DNA of 64,000 nt, from contig CM059432.1 of assembly GCA_030390025.1 (NCBI GenBank), positions 119,972,001 through 120,036,000 on the forward strand. The letters run 5' to 3'. Shown here one piece after another: positions 37,610-50,106 of this stretch. Position 1 is the stretch's first letter. Each line of letters begins with the position of its first letter. The position numbers and the translations under genes are program-made. The DNA is from Squalus acanthias. Its lineage: Eukaryota. A model generated the notes under the pieces. It was not told the DNA's origin. It was given only the letters and a program-made list of their open reading frames with translations, and ran no database searches.

Positions 37610-38770
37610 ATGGGGGCTGCACTGATTGGAGGCGTCGTCCTGCTCCAGCTGAATCGGAGGACACAGAGACGCAGAGAGAGAGTGGCAATGATGGCCAGAC
37701 GGAGGAGGGCCAACAGGCGTATGTACAGGAGAGCTTACCCTCCCAGGGTATATCGTGAACAGCTCTCCTACCTTCATATGTCTGAGGAGCTGTGTTTGCG
37801 AAGGCTGCGATTCAGCAAGGAGGTGGTCACTGAGCTCTGCCACCTGCTGCAGCCAGATCTGCAGCCTCAACTGAGGTCCAGGACGTCTCTGTCGGTGGCA
37901 GTGAAGGTCACAGTGGCGCTCAACTTCTATGCTACTGGCTCATTTCAAGCTGCTGCTGGGGACCTCGCCAATATCTCCCAGTTCGCGGTGCATTGCTGCA
38001 TCCGGCAGGTCACAAATGCCCTCTTTAAAAGGAGACGAGAGTTCATCTCTTTCCCCATGACCCCAGACAAGCAGCGTGACCGCGCTCTGGGCTTTGCGAG
38101 GATAGCGGGCTTCCCCATGGTGCAGGGCGCCATTGACTGCACGCATGTGGCTTTGCGTGCTCCGCATGAGAATGCCGAGGAATTCCGGAACAGAAAGGGG
38201 TTCCATTCGTTGAATGTTCAGTTGGTCTGTGACCACAGACAGCTGATACTCGCTGTCAATGCCCACTATCCTGGCAGCTGCCACGATGCTTTTATCCTGC
38301 GCCAGACTACTGTGGCAGAACTTTTCGAGGCACCGCATCAGCCAGTTGGTTGGCTTCTCGGGGACAAGGGGTATCCATTGAGCACCTGGCTGATGACACC
38401 GCTCCATACGCCCAACACCCCTGCTGAGCTGCGGTACAATGAGAGCCATCAAGCTACCAGGAACATCATTGAGCGCACAATCGGCGTGCTGAAGCAACGG
38501 TTCCGCTGTCTCGACCATTCTGGAGGAGCCCTGCAGTACTCTCCTGAACGAGTATCCAAATTCGTAGTTGTGTGCTGCATGTTGCACAACATGGCAATCG
38601 TCAGGACCCAGCCAATGCCACCAGGCCTTGGAGCACCACCAGAGGAGGAGGAGGAAGAGGAGGAAGAGGACGAGGAGGATGATCATCAGCAGCACCAAGG
38701 CGGGAGGGCGGCCCACAATGGTGAAACTGCAAGGGCCGTCCGTCAACGGCTGATAGCAAGCCGCTTCTAG
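37610..38770 (+). CDS. HARBI1-like DDE transposase, intact (386 aa from ATG 37610)
   Basis: [63 protein letters not shown]; no stops or frameshifts. Confidence 0.93.
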   Translation: MGAALIGGVVLLQLNRRTQRRRERVAMMARRRRANRRMYRRAYPPRVYREQLSYLHMSEELCLRRLRFSKEVVTELCHLLQPDLQPQLRSRTSLSVAVKVTVALNFYATGSFQAAAGDLANISQFAVHCCIRQVTNALFKRRREFISFPMTPDKQRDRALGFARIAGFPMVQGAIDCTHVALRAPHENAEEFRNRKGFHSLNVQLVCDHRQLILAVNAHYPGSCHDAFILRQTTVAELFEAPHQPVGWLLGDKGYPLSTWLMTPLHTPNTPAELRYNESHQATRNIIERTIGVLKQRFRCLDHSGGALQYSPERVSKFVVVCCMLHNMAIVRTQPMPPGLGAPPEEEEEEEEEDEEDDHQQHQGGRAAHNGETARAVRQRLIASRF

Positions 38771-39082
38771 GGCCCCTGCTGTGGAAATGGCTTCTGCCAT
38801 TGCTAACAACATCAATGAACCCAGCACGCAACCCCTAAGCCGGCCAAGGCACCAATAATTCCAAACACCAACCATGTATATTTTGAATACAGAAACTTAT
38901 TTATTTTACAAACTCTGTGTGTGTCAATTCCTCATGACAAAATCATAGAAATAGACACAAAAAAACAGTCAATAACATAACTGGTTCTCACAACCTGGAG
39001 ATAATGTCCAAAACACTAAACAAAAGTTGGACCATGAACCTCGGCCTTTAATAAAAAAATGACCAGCATTTTGTCACACCTC

Positions 39083-40903
39083 CTACTTTTTGCCCTTCGA
39101 GGGTGATCTCCTTCCCTTGCGCACTTCCCCCCTTCTAACCCTACTGCTCCTCCGTAATGGGACCTCAGTGGCTGCAGCAAGGCTGGTGGATGGCTGCTGA
39201 TCGTCAGACCCTGACACTGCAGATGCCCCTGAAGGACGGCCTCGACCAGTTCTGGGCCTGGAGGGCCCGGCTGCAGACTGCACCAACTCTGCATGGGCGG
39301 CAGCAGTTTGTCCTACAGGCGGTGGCAAGTGCAGTGGAGAAGTGACAGTGTTGGCAGCAGGAATGCTGTCATCGTGAGAGAGGACAGCAACTCCCTGCTC
39401 GCCCGACACACTGGCACTCCCACGGGGCAGCACTTCAGCATCCGGAGCAATCTGCTGGAGAACAGATTGCTGGCCTGCTGCGGCGTGGTGAGAGCCCCGG
39501 GGACATGTGAACGAACCATCGAGGTTGGCAGCAGTCTGTGCTCGCGTGGCCTCAATCTGAGTCTGCATGAGAGCAGTCAGAGATGGGATCACGGCAGTCA
39601 GTGACTGAATTGCAGCACTAAGCGTTAGTGTGGCATCCGCCTGTGCTACAGCGAAGTGCTCCACACTCCTTGCCAGTGACTCAATGCATTCGGGCACCCT
39701 TCCCACTGCACCCATGAGCTCAGTGTGCATGCCCACCGCCTGGGTGTTCATTTCTGCGATCAGCCGCTCCTCCTCTGCGTCCATTGCAGTAGGAGTCTCT
39801 GGCATACTCTCCCTCTGGGGAGAAGGCCCCCTGTTCTTCCCTACCCCCATGGCGTTGCTGCAGCCCGCTGGGTCCTGGAGCTTCACCCTCATCAGACCCT
39901 TCCCCCCTGCTCCCCTCCAGGGAAGGCGTGTTCCCAGTGTGGGCATGGGCTTCCTCGGGAGAGGGTGGCACTGATGCTCCGGCTTCCTCTTCCTCCTCGG
40001 CTGCAGCTTCACTCCCAGTGGCAGCTTCAGGGCCCGTCTCCTCAGCTGGTGAATCACCATCTGAAAGGAGGGAGGTACAAGAGTGGCTTTAGCGTGAGGA
40101 CAGGGTGGCAGTAAGGGAGGAATAAGTGCAGCGAGTTAGCAAGTTGGATTGAAAGTGTCAAAGGCTGGTGTTGTGAGGGACAAGTGGAAGGACAGAGGAC
40201 AAAAAGGTGATGACCATACCATTGCTGTCCAGAACGGGGTCGGCGTCTCCAGTGGCGACGGGACCGATCACCTGGCTTGCCACAATCCTGTGGACGCGCT
40301 CCTCAAGATCGCTGAGGGGTTGCAGCTGAGGCCGCCCTCCACCTGTCCGTTGCTGCTGTCTCCGATTATGCGCTAGCTTGGCCTGCAAGAAAAAGGACAG
40401 CATCTGAGTAAATATACAGCCATGGTCTTGCCTGATGTGCCTCCCATAGGTGAATAGCCCTTACTGTATGCAGCCATGGTCTTGCCTGATGTGCCTCCCA
40501 TAGGTGAATAGCCCTTACTGTATGCAAAGTGTGGAATGTGTGTGTGTGTTTCATGAAAGGGCCATAGGTGTTGGATGAGTGTTGTGCATTGGGGTTTTAA
40601 GACCCTCTGGCCATAGAGTGAGGTTGAGATGGAGGGATGGAGAGGTATTGAGAAAAAGCCACTCACCCTGACGACCCGAGTGAGGTCGTTGAACTTTTTG
40701 CGGCATTGAACATGGGTCCTGGGCACCATGCTCCTGGAGGAGACGCTCTGAGCCACCTCCCTCCACACTCTTCTGTACTCGCGTGGCAAAGGCCTCCTGC
40801 CACTCTCAGGGAAGAGTATACATCTTCTGCGCTCCACCGCGCCAACCAGAGCATCCAAGGCCCGCTCGGTGAAGCGATGAGCTCGTTCTCTCACCCTCTC
40901 CAT
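39083..40903 (-). CDS. Myb/SANT-like DNA-binding partner, 3 exons (40903-40667, 40382-40220, 40060-39083), one apparent +1 frameshift at 39827-39831
   Basis: RAHRFTERALDALV...VWREVA...QCRKKFNDL; canonical GT-AG sites; basic C-terminus RRSSRVRR. Confidence 0.8.
40417..40526. repeat. Perfect 54-bp tandem duplication in intron 1
   Basis: cagccatggtcttgcctgatgtgcctcccataggtgaatagcccttactgtatg x2. Confidence 0.92.
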
Positions 40904-42374
40904 CCTTGGCAGCAAAATGGATTCACAGGTCTCGCCAGGCCGAGATTCAAGGCTGCAATGAGCAGGGTGTGGCTGGGGAGCAAGATGACCCCCCCCCTTT
41001 AAGAACTGGCCGGCGCCAGTGTGTCTGTGTTCCCTCGCTAACTGGCAGCACCTGCGCTGCGCTCGCGCGCTGAGTTAGCGTCTCACTGCTCGGCCTTTGC
41101 GCCTTAAGACAGGTGTGCAGCGCCTGATTTAGCGCTCCACTCACCTCCCGGGGCGGTAAAAGTGAAGTTTCCAGTCAGTGGCGATAATTAGCGCCAGGCG
41201 CTAATATTTGCGTCCAGACGATATTTGCGCCCCAAATGGGGCGCGACCTAATTTTTCCCCCTATATGTTTCAATGAGATCACCTCTCATTCTTCTAAACT
41301 CCAGAGAGTATAGGCCCAGTCTACTCAAATCTCTCCTCATAGGACAACCCTCTCATCCTCGGAATCAATCTAGCGAACCTTCGTTGCACTGCCTCTAAAG
41401 CAAGTATATCCTTCCTCAGATAAGGAGACCAAAACTGCCATTTGGCCTATCATACTGGTGCCGGCTCTTTGAAAGAGCTATCCAATTAGTCCCACTCTCC
41501 CCATAGCACAACATTTTTTTTTTCCTTTTTAAGCATATATCCAATTCCTTTTTGAAAGTTACTATTGAATCTGTTTCCACCACCCTTTCAGGCAGTGCAT
41601 TCCTGGTAACAATCGTTGCATTAAAAAAAAAATTCTCCTCATCTTCCCTCTGATTCTTCTGCCACTTTCACGCCCATAAATTACATCCTCCACGAGAGCG
41701 GAGAACCCTGTCTCTAGATAATCGACTGCAGTTTCAATGTAACTGGTTTCACCAAAACCTTCAGAAACCGCAACAAGGTAGGTCTTGTTTATTCCCAACC
41801 AGCCCACAAACATCTTTCCTGACACGTTGAAACCAGATTACACAGAAAAAGTTGTAGCTCTGTGATATCCAATTACCAAGATAAAAAGGTGTCTCACGGC
41901 TTTATTCCTGTGACTCAGTGTGAATTTTTGTCTCTTCTGGCAGGTGGGTGAGGCGGTGATGAAGCTGTTGATGGTTTATTTTTATCTCAGAGCTTGTGAC
42001 CATGGTACAGACCCATTACAAATCAACTTTCTGCAATGAAGACAGGAATGACTTTGAAATCATGGAGGTCATTCGGTGAGCAAAGAACAACCCTATGCTT
42101 TTATATACAATTGTATTGGGACACAGAGGAGATCATAATTTTTCCATTTTCTTTTGCAGACATTTTTTCCTATATAACCAATTGCACATATGATCAAACT
42201 ATGCCCAAGTAGTGTCTAATTTGGCATGGGTGAATGGGGGCACGATTAAACCAGCGTGATCAATAAGAACCCCACCCCACCCTTGCAAGAGGGCCACATA
42301 ATTCATTTTCTGTGGTTGTCTATCAAAACTGAACCTACTGGGAATTAATCAAATCAGTAATAATTGATTCGAGG

Positions 42375-42815
42375 ATTGAATTATGAGGACAGGTTGCATA
42401 AACTTGGCTTATATTTCTTGAGTATAGACTGTTGAGGGATGATCTGATCGAGGTGTTTAAAATGTTAAAAGGTTTCAATAGGGTAGACATAGATAAGCTA
42501 TTTCCTCCGGTGGGGAATAAAGAACGAGAGGACATAATCTTAAATTATAACTAGGCAATTTAGGAGGGAAATCAGGAAGCACTTTTTCACACAAAGGGTA
42601 GAAACAATCTGGAATTATCTGCCTCAAAAGGCAGTGGATGCTAGCACAATTGGGGCTTTCAAGACTGAGCTCGATAGATTTATGTTAGGTAAGGGTATCA
42701 AGGGTTATGGAGCTAAGGTGGGTAAATGGAATATAGGTACAGATCAGCCATGATCTAATTGAATGGTGGAGCCGGCGTGAGGGGCTGAATGGCTGCCTCC
42801 TGTCCCTATGTTCCT
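42375..42815 (+). mobile_element. CR1 3' fragment
   Basis: YEDRLHKLGL..RDDLIEVFK..FFTQRV; tail cctatgttcct. Confidence 0.85.
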
Positions 42816-43379
42816 TTAAATTGAAATTGTAATTGACCTCAGTATGATGAAACCATCAATACCACGAAATGCCCACTGGAAGGTTTACAGTGCACTAGTA
42901 GACTAATACCTCAAGATCATTATGTAAACTAAAGTCTGGAAGAGAGTTGGAGAGACTCTAACCAGCAATTATAAGCATTTTTGGAATTATGGATGATAAT
43001 TGCAAACAAGGCCATGAGCAAACTCTTCAGGAGGCCCATGCATACTAGGTACCCAAAGACAAACAACGCAAGTTGAGATGTTAACCAAAATTTTAAAAGC
43101 AGATCCTTCAAATAATTTAAATGTCCAGGGCTGTCCATGAAACTACATCATGCAGTATCCTCCACCTCAAGTCAAGAAAGACCCATATACATGGGTCATT
43201 CTCAATCTTTGCAGGTGACAGAATCTTCAACCATGGAATATCTAAGTACCATGTGCAGCACTAGAAAGTAAGGAAAGTCTCTCTCATGAATTATGACATT
43301 TATGATAGTTTACTTTTAATGTAAAGAAACAACTATGGCCAGCAGAAGATTAATTAGATTAAGTGCTTCATTCTGGGAC

Positions 43380-44415
43380 TGAACTTCAAAGGGCCTCAAC
43401 TGCCCACCCTGGTGGTGAGGGGCGGGTGGGAAAGCAAGAGGTGCATGCGAGAAGGAGGATCATTTATGAGGATACCAGCATCTTGTATCATTTCAGCCCT
43501 GCCATTGGCTAAGGACTCAGCCATGCCCCTGCCAAGAATGGCCAGCACCGTCTCCTCCAAGGGGGTGAGATGAAACTAGGAATGGTAGGTATGCCTCATG
43601 TTTGGTACAGATTGTTGGTAGGTGAGTGATTGCGAGGTCGGGGGGAGTTATGTATTGAGTAGTGTGTGAGGCTAGTGATGCAGTTGGTAGATTTTGAAGA
43701 TGCATTCAGTGACCTTGACCACTAGTCTGAGGTCATGAAGCTTCTTTGGACACTGGAGCCAGGTCATGGGGGTGACACAACTGGCAGTGACGGCCTCGTT
43801 GATGTGGTACCACATTGTTCTTTCTGGAGGGCCTCCTGGCCCCTGTGGGTGGAGGACCTCTCTAGCAGTGTTGACCCCCCGTACAAAGCTGGAGTGCTGC
43901 ATGTGAGACCTTGGGTGCCCCTTCCCTGGCTTAATTGGCCTAGAAATTTGTGTTGGTGCTGAAGCACTTTTCCCATTTTTTTTAGGTGCGGAAGGGAATT
44001 CCACTTTAAGAGCTGAAGACTCCCATTTGGGAATTCTTTTTAACGTTAATTTTTTTTCAGAAGGCAGTTGAGCTGTAAGGGCTAAAACCTGCATATTTTT
44101 ACATCATTTTTATTTTTTTTTCATTTCAGAAGGCATTGCCCCTTTAAGAAACCGACAATGTTTTCGGAAATGACAGCCTTGCTTTCAGAGGGGTTGTTCT
44201 AGCTGCAATGACATTTCGGCCACGCTACATTGGGGCCTCCTGCCGGGACCAACGCCACCACGGCAGCGTTACACTTTGAGTTAAGTGCTGGGCTAATGTT
44301 AATTAGTTGCCAGCGCCAATTTTTTGATTCTGCTAGTGCCACCATTTTCGACGGCCGTTAACACCGACCGGCGGTGGCACCGGCAGCTTTTGTGGTGGTC
44401 AGGAATTGCTAGGCC
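43380..44415 (-). mobile_element. Harbinger fragment H6 (Myb-side end only)
   Basis: Minus TWLQCPKKLHDL..VVK|GT motif; terminus ...GAATTGCTAGGCC. Confidence 0.7.
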
Positions 44416-44590
44416 AATTAGTTAACTCTCTTTGAAGGAAACAATTATGCATGTCTAGAGTTTTGCTGATAAGAAATTTGTTAATCGACTGATGATAAAC
44501 ATGTTCTTGTTTTGTGCCAGTAATGACAGGCTGAGATGTAAGAAGGTGGTCAGGTGATAGGTTCCCAATCAAACCACTGTAGCTGCATTT

Positions 44591-47104
44591 GGGGCCTCAA
44601 TTCAATAGCCCCTAAAAACAGGCACGGGAATCAACATGTGTGATTAACCCGCACCAGCTGCTTTTGATGCAGGCAGCACATAAAGTTCGTGCTGCCTGCT
44701 AATTTAAATGATTGCAGCGTTGAGGAAGCGCTGAACTCGCTGTTAAGTGGCTGAGCACCTCACCAGAGGGCCCAAGTTCATATGCGGCTAGCACCAATTA
44801 AAGCTAGTCTACACTACTTAAAGCCAGCCTGCACCTCTTAAAGGGGAGGTGCATTCTGGCTGGAGCAGGTGCTGGAAGTGGCTGGGGAAGAGAGTCTGAC
44901 CTGCAAGAACACTGACTAATGGAACAACAGGGGAGAGAGCATGTTCCAAGGTTTTCAGACATTGCACTGGAGGCCTTGGTGGAGGTGAGAGGTCCTCTAT
45001 CCACAGGGGGCCAGTAGGCCCTCCAGACAAACTCTCAGAAGGCAGTGGGAGCAGGTAGCCATGGTGGTCAATGCCAGAAGTCAAGCTCCGAGGACCTGGT
45101 TGCAGTGCCACACAAAGTTCAATGACCTCACACGAGTGGTCATGGTCAGTGAATTCATCTTCAAATGCCTTATCCCACAAACTGCACCACTAGCCTCTAC
45201 CACTACTCAATGCACCACGCCCCCATCACTCACCTTCCAACAATCTCTATCACTCAGGACTCATACCTCACATTCATAGCTTTACCTCACTGTCACACAC
45301 TTATCACTGCTGCAAGCCTCACACCCACATCTCACAGCTTGCACACACTGCCAGCTATTCAAACGTGACAGGCACATTACCAAAACCCATTGCACCACAC
45401 TCACTGACAAACTTACCTCTCCCTTGCAGGACAAGGTGGCGCATAACCGGAGGCAACAGGGCCTACCTGTAGGGGGATTGGCACAGCTGCATGTCCTTAA
45501 CCCTCATAGAGGATACATTGCTAGACATAATTGGAGCGGCCATCGCTGAGCCCGTGGCCAGTGGTGGAAACAATTGAAGATGACGGTATCCTTATACCTA
45601 ATCCTCCTTCTCACATCCCACTTCCTCCTCATACCACAATCTCGTACAATTTACAATCTGCAGATGGTGTAAGCACACACCTCCTGCTTTCCCCTCTCCC
45701 CTCACCACAACCCTACCCTTGTGCCTTTCTCCTTTCAGATACCCAAGAACTACAACCTGCCCAGGCAGTGGTGGAGGAGCAAGAACTGGAAGAGGAAGAA
45801 GGCAGTGATGCTGAAGACACAGCACCGTCACTTAATTTCACACTCACAGCCACCAGCTCAGATACTGACACTGCACATACTTTAGATGATAGCTTAGATG
45901 CAGGATTCGCACGTGGTGAGACACCGGGCATGAGTGGCCTGCAGCCAAGGCATGAGGCAAGGGTTGCGCAGGTGCCAGCTCACCGGAGGGCGAGGTCGCA
46001 CACGAGTTCTGCTGCAGAGGACTCAGATGAGGACTTTGATGGGGCAGGTTAGAGAAGAAGGCAGATAAGTACACACAATTAAATGCTTGTGCAGTGGGAA
46101 GCCTGCCAGAAAGCCTGCAGTCAATGGTAAGGAGCATGGAGGAGTCCAGCACCAACTTGGCACAGGCCTTTGCGCAGAGCTTGGAGCCCATCCTTTCCAG
46201 CATGGAAGTGATGGCCAACTCCATTAGCGCACTATTCTGTGTTGGCTTTTATTTTTGGATTGTGCCAAGTGGACTCTGTGATGGTCAGTGACAGTGGGAA
46301 GGTAAGGAGCGTGAGACTGTTGGTGAATGGGGAATTGGGGTTGGGTTTACTGGTATCGCAGCCGGATGAGTCAGTCACGGAGAGCCCAGCCAAAAAGGGG
46401 CTGTCTGGGTCACTTCCTCACTTCCTCTTCCGCCTCCGCCTCCTCCTCTTCCTTCTCCTCTTCATCTTCCTCCTCCTCCTCAGCTGGTCAACATAAGGCT
46501 GGTGTCAAGGGCTGTGTCCTCATGATGGCGGGGTTATGCAGCAGACTACCACGAATCTTGACACCCGCTCTGCCGAGTACTGCAGGACTCCTCCAGAGCG
46601 GTCCAAGCAGTGGAAGCATTGCTTCAGCACGCCAATGGTCTGCTGGATGATATTTCATGTGGCAGCATCGCTTTCGTTGTATGCATGGCGCCCACGTGAG
46701 TGTGGGTTGCGAATCGGAGTCATGAGCCATGTTGTTAACGAATAGAACTTGTTGCCCAGTAGCCACCCTCTGGTTTGTCGTGGTGGCTCAAATGCAGATG
46801 GGACAGTGGACTGCCGCAGAATGAAGGCATCGTGACTGCTGCCAGGATACCGAGTATTAACCTGCATGATTCGCTGAGTATGGTCGCACACCAGCTGGAC
46901 ATTGAGGGAGTGGAATCCCTTTTAGTTGCAGTACATGTCAGAGTTTACATAAGGCACCCGCAAAGTGAGGTGCGTGCAGACAATGGCACCCTGCACCAAC
47001 GCAAGATGGAATCCTGAGCAGCCCAGTAGCAGAAGCCATTTTGGAACCAAACTGGTACCTGTAGCACCAAAACAACGGGCACTATGGAGCCAAATTTAGC
47101 GGCC
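44591..47104 (-). mobile_element. Harbinger H5, internally deleted; Myb pseudogene on + (ATG 44919, exon 2 from 45430, exon 3 from 45739), nuclease 3' half on - (about 46380-47010)
   Basis: RTWLQCHTKFNDLTRVV; CDHTQRIMQVNTRYPGSSHDAFIL, GWLLGNK; weak TIRs. Confidence 0.82.
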
Positions 47105-47151
47105 ATATGTGTTTACCTTCTAGTTAGCATTCCATGATATTGTGATTTAAT

Positions 47152-47336
47152 AGGAGTAATTTTCACCTTCACATCCTGGGCGGTAATCTGATGATCAGAT
47201 AACCAACTCTTTGTAGAAGGTGCCTGATTTTAATCCCATTAATTTCAATGGGATGAAAATTGAACTGCTTCTAAAATGACCAGACTATCTACTCCACCAG
47301 ATTACTACTCAGATGGTGAAAATGAAAATTACCTCC
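47152..47336. mobile_element. Palindromic MITE
   Basis: Ends GGAGTAATTTTCACC / TGAAAATTACCTCC; central atcccatt..aatgggat hairpin; related to about 63815-63937 and possibly about 6293-6405. Confidence 0.65.
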
Positions 47337-47613
47337 AATGTTGCAAGAAATTCTTGCTTTGGTAATGGTTGATAGCCCTAGCTTCAAAGGAATTAAGGAA
47401 AGAAATCAAGGAGAATCTCTGGGGTTGAAGTTCCACTTATAATTTCTGGTGGTAGTTTAGATGATAGGACACTGTGAACAATCGACTAGATGAAATATAT
47501 TTGGATTTTCAATCTGGTACAGTATAGTAGACTCATGACTAAGGTCAGAGCATGCGGAGTCAGGGGACAAGAAGCAGAACGGACAGCACGCTGGCTACAA
47601 AACACAAAACAGA

Positions 47614-50095
47614 GGGGGCAATTTTCTGAGGCCCGAGGAGGCGGGTTTGGAGGCGGGAAAATTGGAAGAAATGAGTGCGGGTTCGGAACCCACCTACGCG
47701 GGATTTTGCCGGTGCCGGTTTTGCAGGGCGGGAAACGGTCCCGCCTCCAGCTGGCCAGAGAGCTTGTTAAGAGGATTACATGCTCGTTCTGGGCCTCTCT
47801 AAGCCTATTTTGACAGGCCTTCATTATTTTTCGACCATTTCTGGCATGTTCCACGACCCTCCTAAACCACGCCAGCTAAACCTGGCGGGTTGACAAGTGG
47901 ATGGTCTCCTCACAGCTGCAGGTCAAACATTAAATCTGAGATTTCATCAGGGATTAGTTGCAGGTGGCAGAACTTTGTTTTAAAAGGTCTTTGAGCACTT
48001 TTAGGCCTTCCGAAGTCGGAGGTGCTGCAGCTTGAATCTATCAACTGTGGGACCTCCTTGGAAGACCCTCTCCCCGCTTGCAATGAGTGCTTCCCCAACG
48101 GAGGCATCTGCACGCAGCATGGGAACCATTCGTTTTCTTTCTCCATGGACCTCAGATTCGGATCAGGAGCATCCACGGCAGCAGCAGAACCAGGCAGCTC
48201 AGCAGCAACAGCAGCAGGAGCCCCAACCTCCTGCTCACCCACCTGATGCTGCACAGGGCAGAAGGCACCAGCGCATCGAGGCACCTCGCCGCAGGAGATA
48301 CCCCCGACAGAGGGTTTACAGACAGAGGATGAGCTACCTCAACATGAGTGAGCAGCAGTGCCAAAGGAGGATGAGACTTCCGTAAGAGGTTGTCCGAGAG
48401 ATCTGCGGACTGCTGCAGCAAGACCTGGTGCCCAGAGGAACGGGTGGACACCTCTTACTAGTGGCTGTCAAAGTCATCACCGCACAACTTCGTTGCCTCA
48501 GGCTCCTTCCTGGGATCATCAGCAGACATCAGCGGCATCTCCCAGTTGGCCGCCCACAGTTGCATTACACAGGTTACCGATGCCCTTTTCGCTAAGGCCC
48601 ACAATTACATCCAGTTCTCAAGGGATCAAGCAAGTATAACCATGCGTTCGGTTGGCTTTGCAAATATGGCAGGCATGCCAATGGTGCAGGGCATCATAGA
48701 CTGCACACATGTGGCCCTTAGGGCACCCCATCACAACCCAGCTATCTTTGTCAACCAAAAGGGCTTCCACTCCCTCAACGTACAGCTGGTGTGTAACCAC
48801 AAGAAGGAGTTCTTGCATGTTTGCGCCAAGTTCTGTGGTAGTTGCCATGACTCTTTCATCCTGCGGCACTCTAGTGTTCCTCCGCTTTTCAATTCGCCAA
48901 ACCAACTTAATGGATGGCTCCTTGGTGAAGAAGTGGCTAATGACACCGATCAGGAGACCAACTAACGAGGCTGAAGAGCGCTACAACGCCAGCCACACTT
49001 CGACCAGGTCCATCATCGAGCAAACCATTGGGTTGTTGAAGATGCGCTTCCGACGCCTTGACCAATCAAATGGAGCCCTGCAGTATACACCATACAGGGT
49101 CTCCAGAATGGTCGTGGTCTGCTGTGCACTGCACAACATCGCACAGCGTCGTGGCTTGCAGCTTCCTGATGAGCAAATGGCTCAGTTCCAGGCCTCCTCA
49201 GATGAGGATGAGGAGGCTGAAGAGGAGGAGGAGGAGGAGGAGGAGGAGCTGGAGGGGGAGGAGAAGCAGGAGGAAGAGGAGGAGGAGCAGGAAGAGGACA
49301 GAGCACCGGCCTATCGACCAAAGCAGTGGCAGCACGCGAGCACATGGCTGCCCGTGATGCAAGGGATGAACTTATCCTGGCCAGATTTGCATAGGTTGCC
49401 CAAGTTGGCACATGTCCTTGGCTCCATCTGAAGACATCATTGACAATGGACATGACTCTCTGGCCTCCTTTCACTCTGGCCACCAACCTGACAACGCAAG
49501 TGTCGCGGAGCCCGCAATGTGGAGCTGCCTAAGGCAAAAGAACAGATGCCATGACGCCAACATTTTGGCATCAAATCATTTTAATGCTTTCCAACAGGGA
49601 TGGCATTTCATCAATACACATAAACATTCACCCAATCTGCACACAGATCTGGAGGTTATATCCGTTGCCAGCTGGACCCACACAGCCTTGGTTTCTTTCG
49701 GAGGCCTCTTCCTCCCAGATGAGTGGAAGAACACCTCCCTGCTAGCTCTTACCCCCTCAACCAACATTTGCAGCGCTTCGTCCGAGAACCTCGGGGAGGC
49801 CCTTGCCTTGGAATTGGACATAGCGGTGTTTCAAAATATGTTGCAGGTGGTGCAGCATCGGCAGAAATCCAGTGGAATGATCCAAGGCAGCAAGCAGCCC
49901 TAAATTCAGGCAGGGAAAGTGATGTCAGCAGAGGCGAGCGTCAGTCCCAAAACATGAATTGACCAAGGGCATCCCACACCTCTGAAATCAAGTGGCCAAT
50001 CAGAGGAAAAATCGCAATTTTTTGAAAACTATCAGTGGAGGCGGGTTTCAAACCCACCCAAACCGAAACCCGCCTCCAACGGGAAAATCGCCCCC
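47614..50095 (+). mobile_element. Harbinger H7: nuclease pseudogene (about 48119-49393) and only the N-terminus of the Myb gene (49821 to about 49640, minus)
   Basis: TIRs GGGGGCAATTTTC / [62 protein letters not shown]. Confidence 0.92.
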
Positions 50096-50106
50096 AGAGA
50101 GTCGGG

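Larger units (their letters stand above)
37102..41261 (+). mobile_element. Near-intact autonomous PIF/Harbinger transposon H3 (4160 bp)
   Basis: TIRs GGGGTAAAAATT / AATTTTTCCCCC; TSD TAT; open nuclease ORF; convergent spliced Myb gene; CpG-rich subterminal regions preserved. Confidence 0.95.
36716..41660 (-). mobile_element. Two nested CR1 3' ends (outer 36716-36748 plus 41437-41660; inner 36749-37101 plus 41262-41436)
   Basis: Minus-strand CR1 tails; inner copy flanked by GCCAT; cagaatcttat|atgtttcaatgag rejoins across H3. Confidence 0.82.

Noticed and set aside
37610..38770. Domesticated host HARBI1 gene
   Set aside because: Flanked by TIRs and a TSD, inserted in a CR1, with many paralogous decayed copies nearby
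37940..38875. 311-aa minus-strand ORF
   Set aside because: Antisense shadow of the GC-rich transposase ORF
41660..41800. Possible host exon ending in AAG|GTAGGT
   Set aside because: No convincing acceptor or recognisable peptide in any frame
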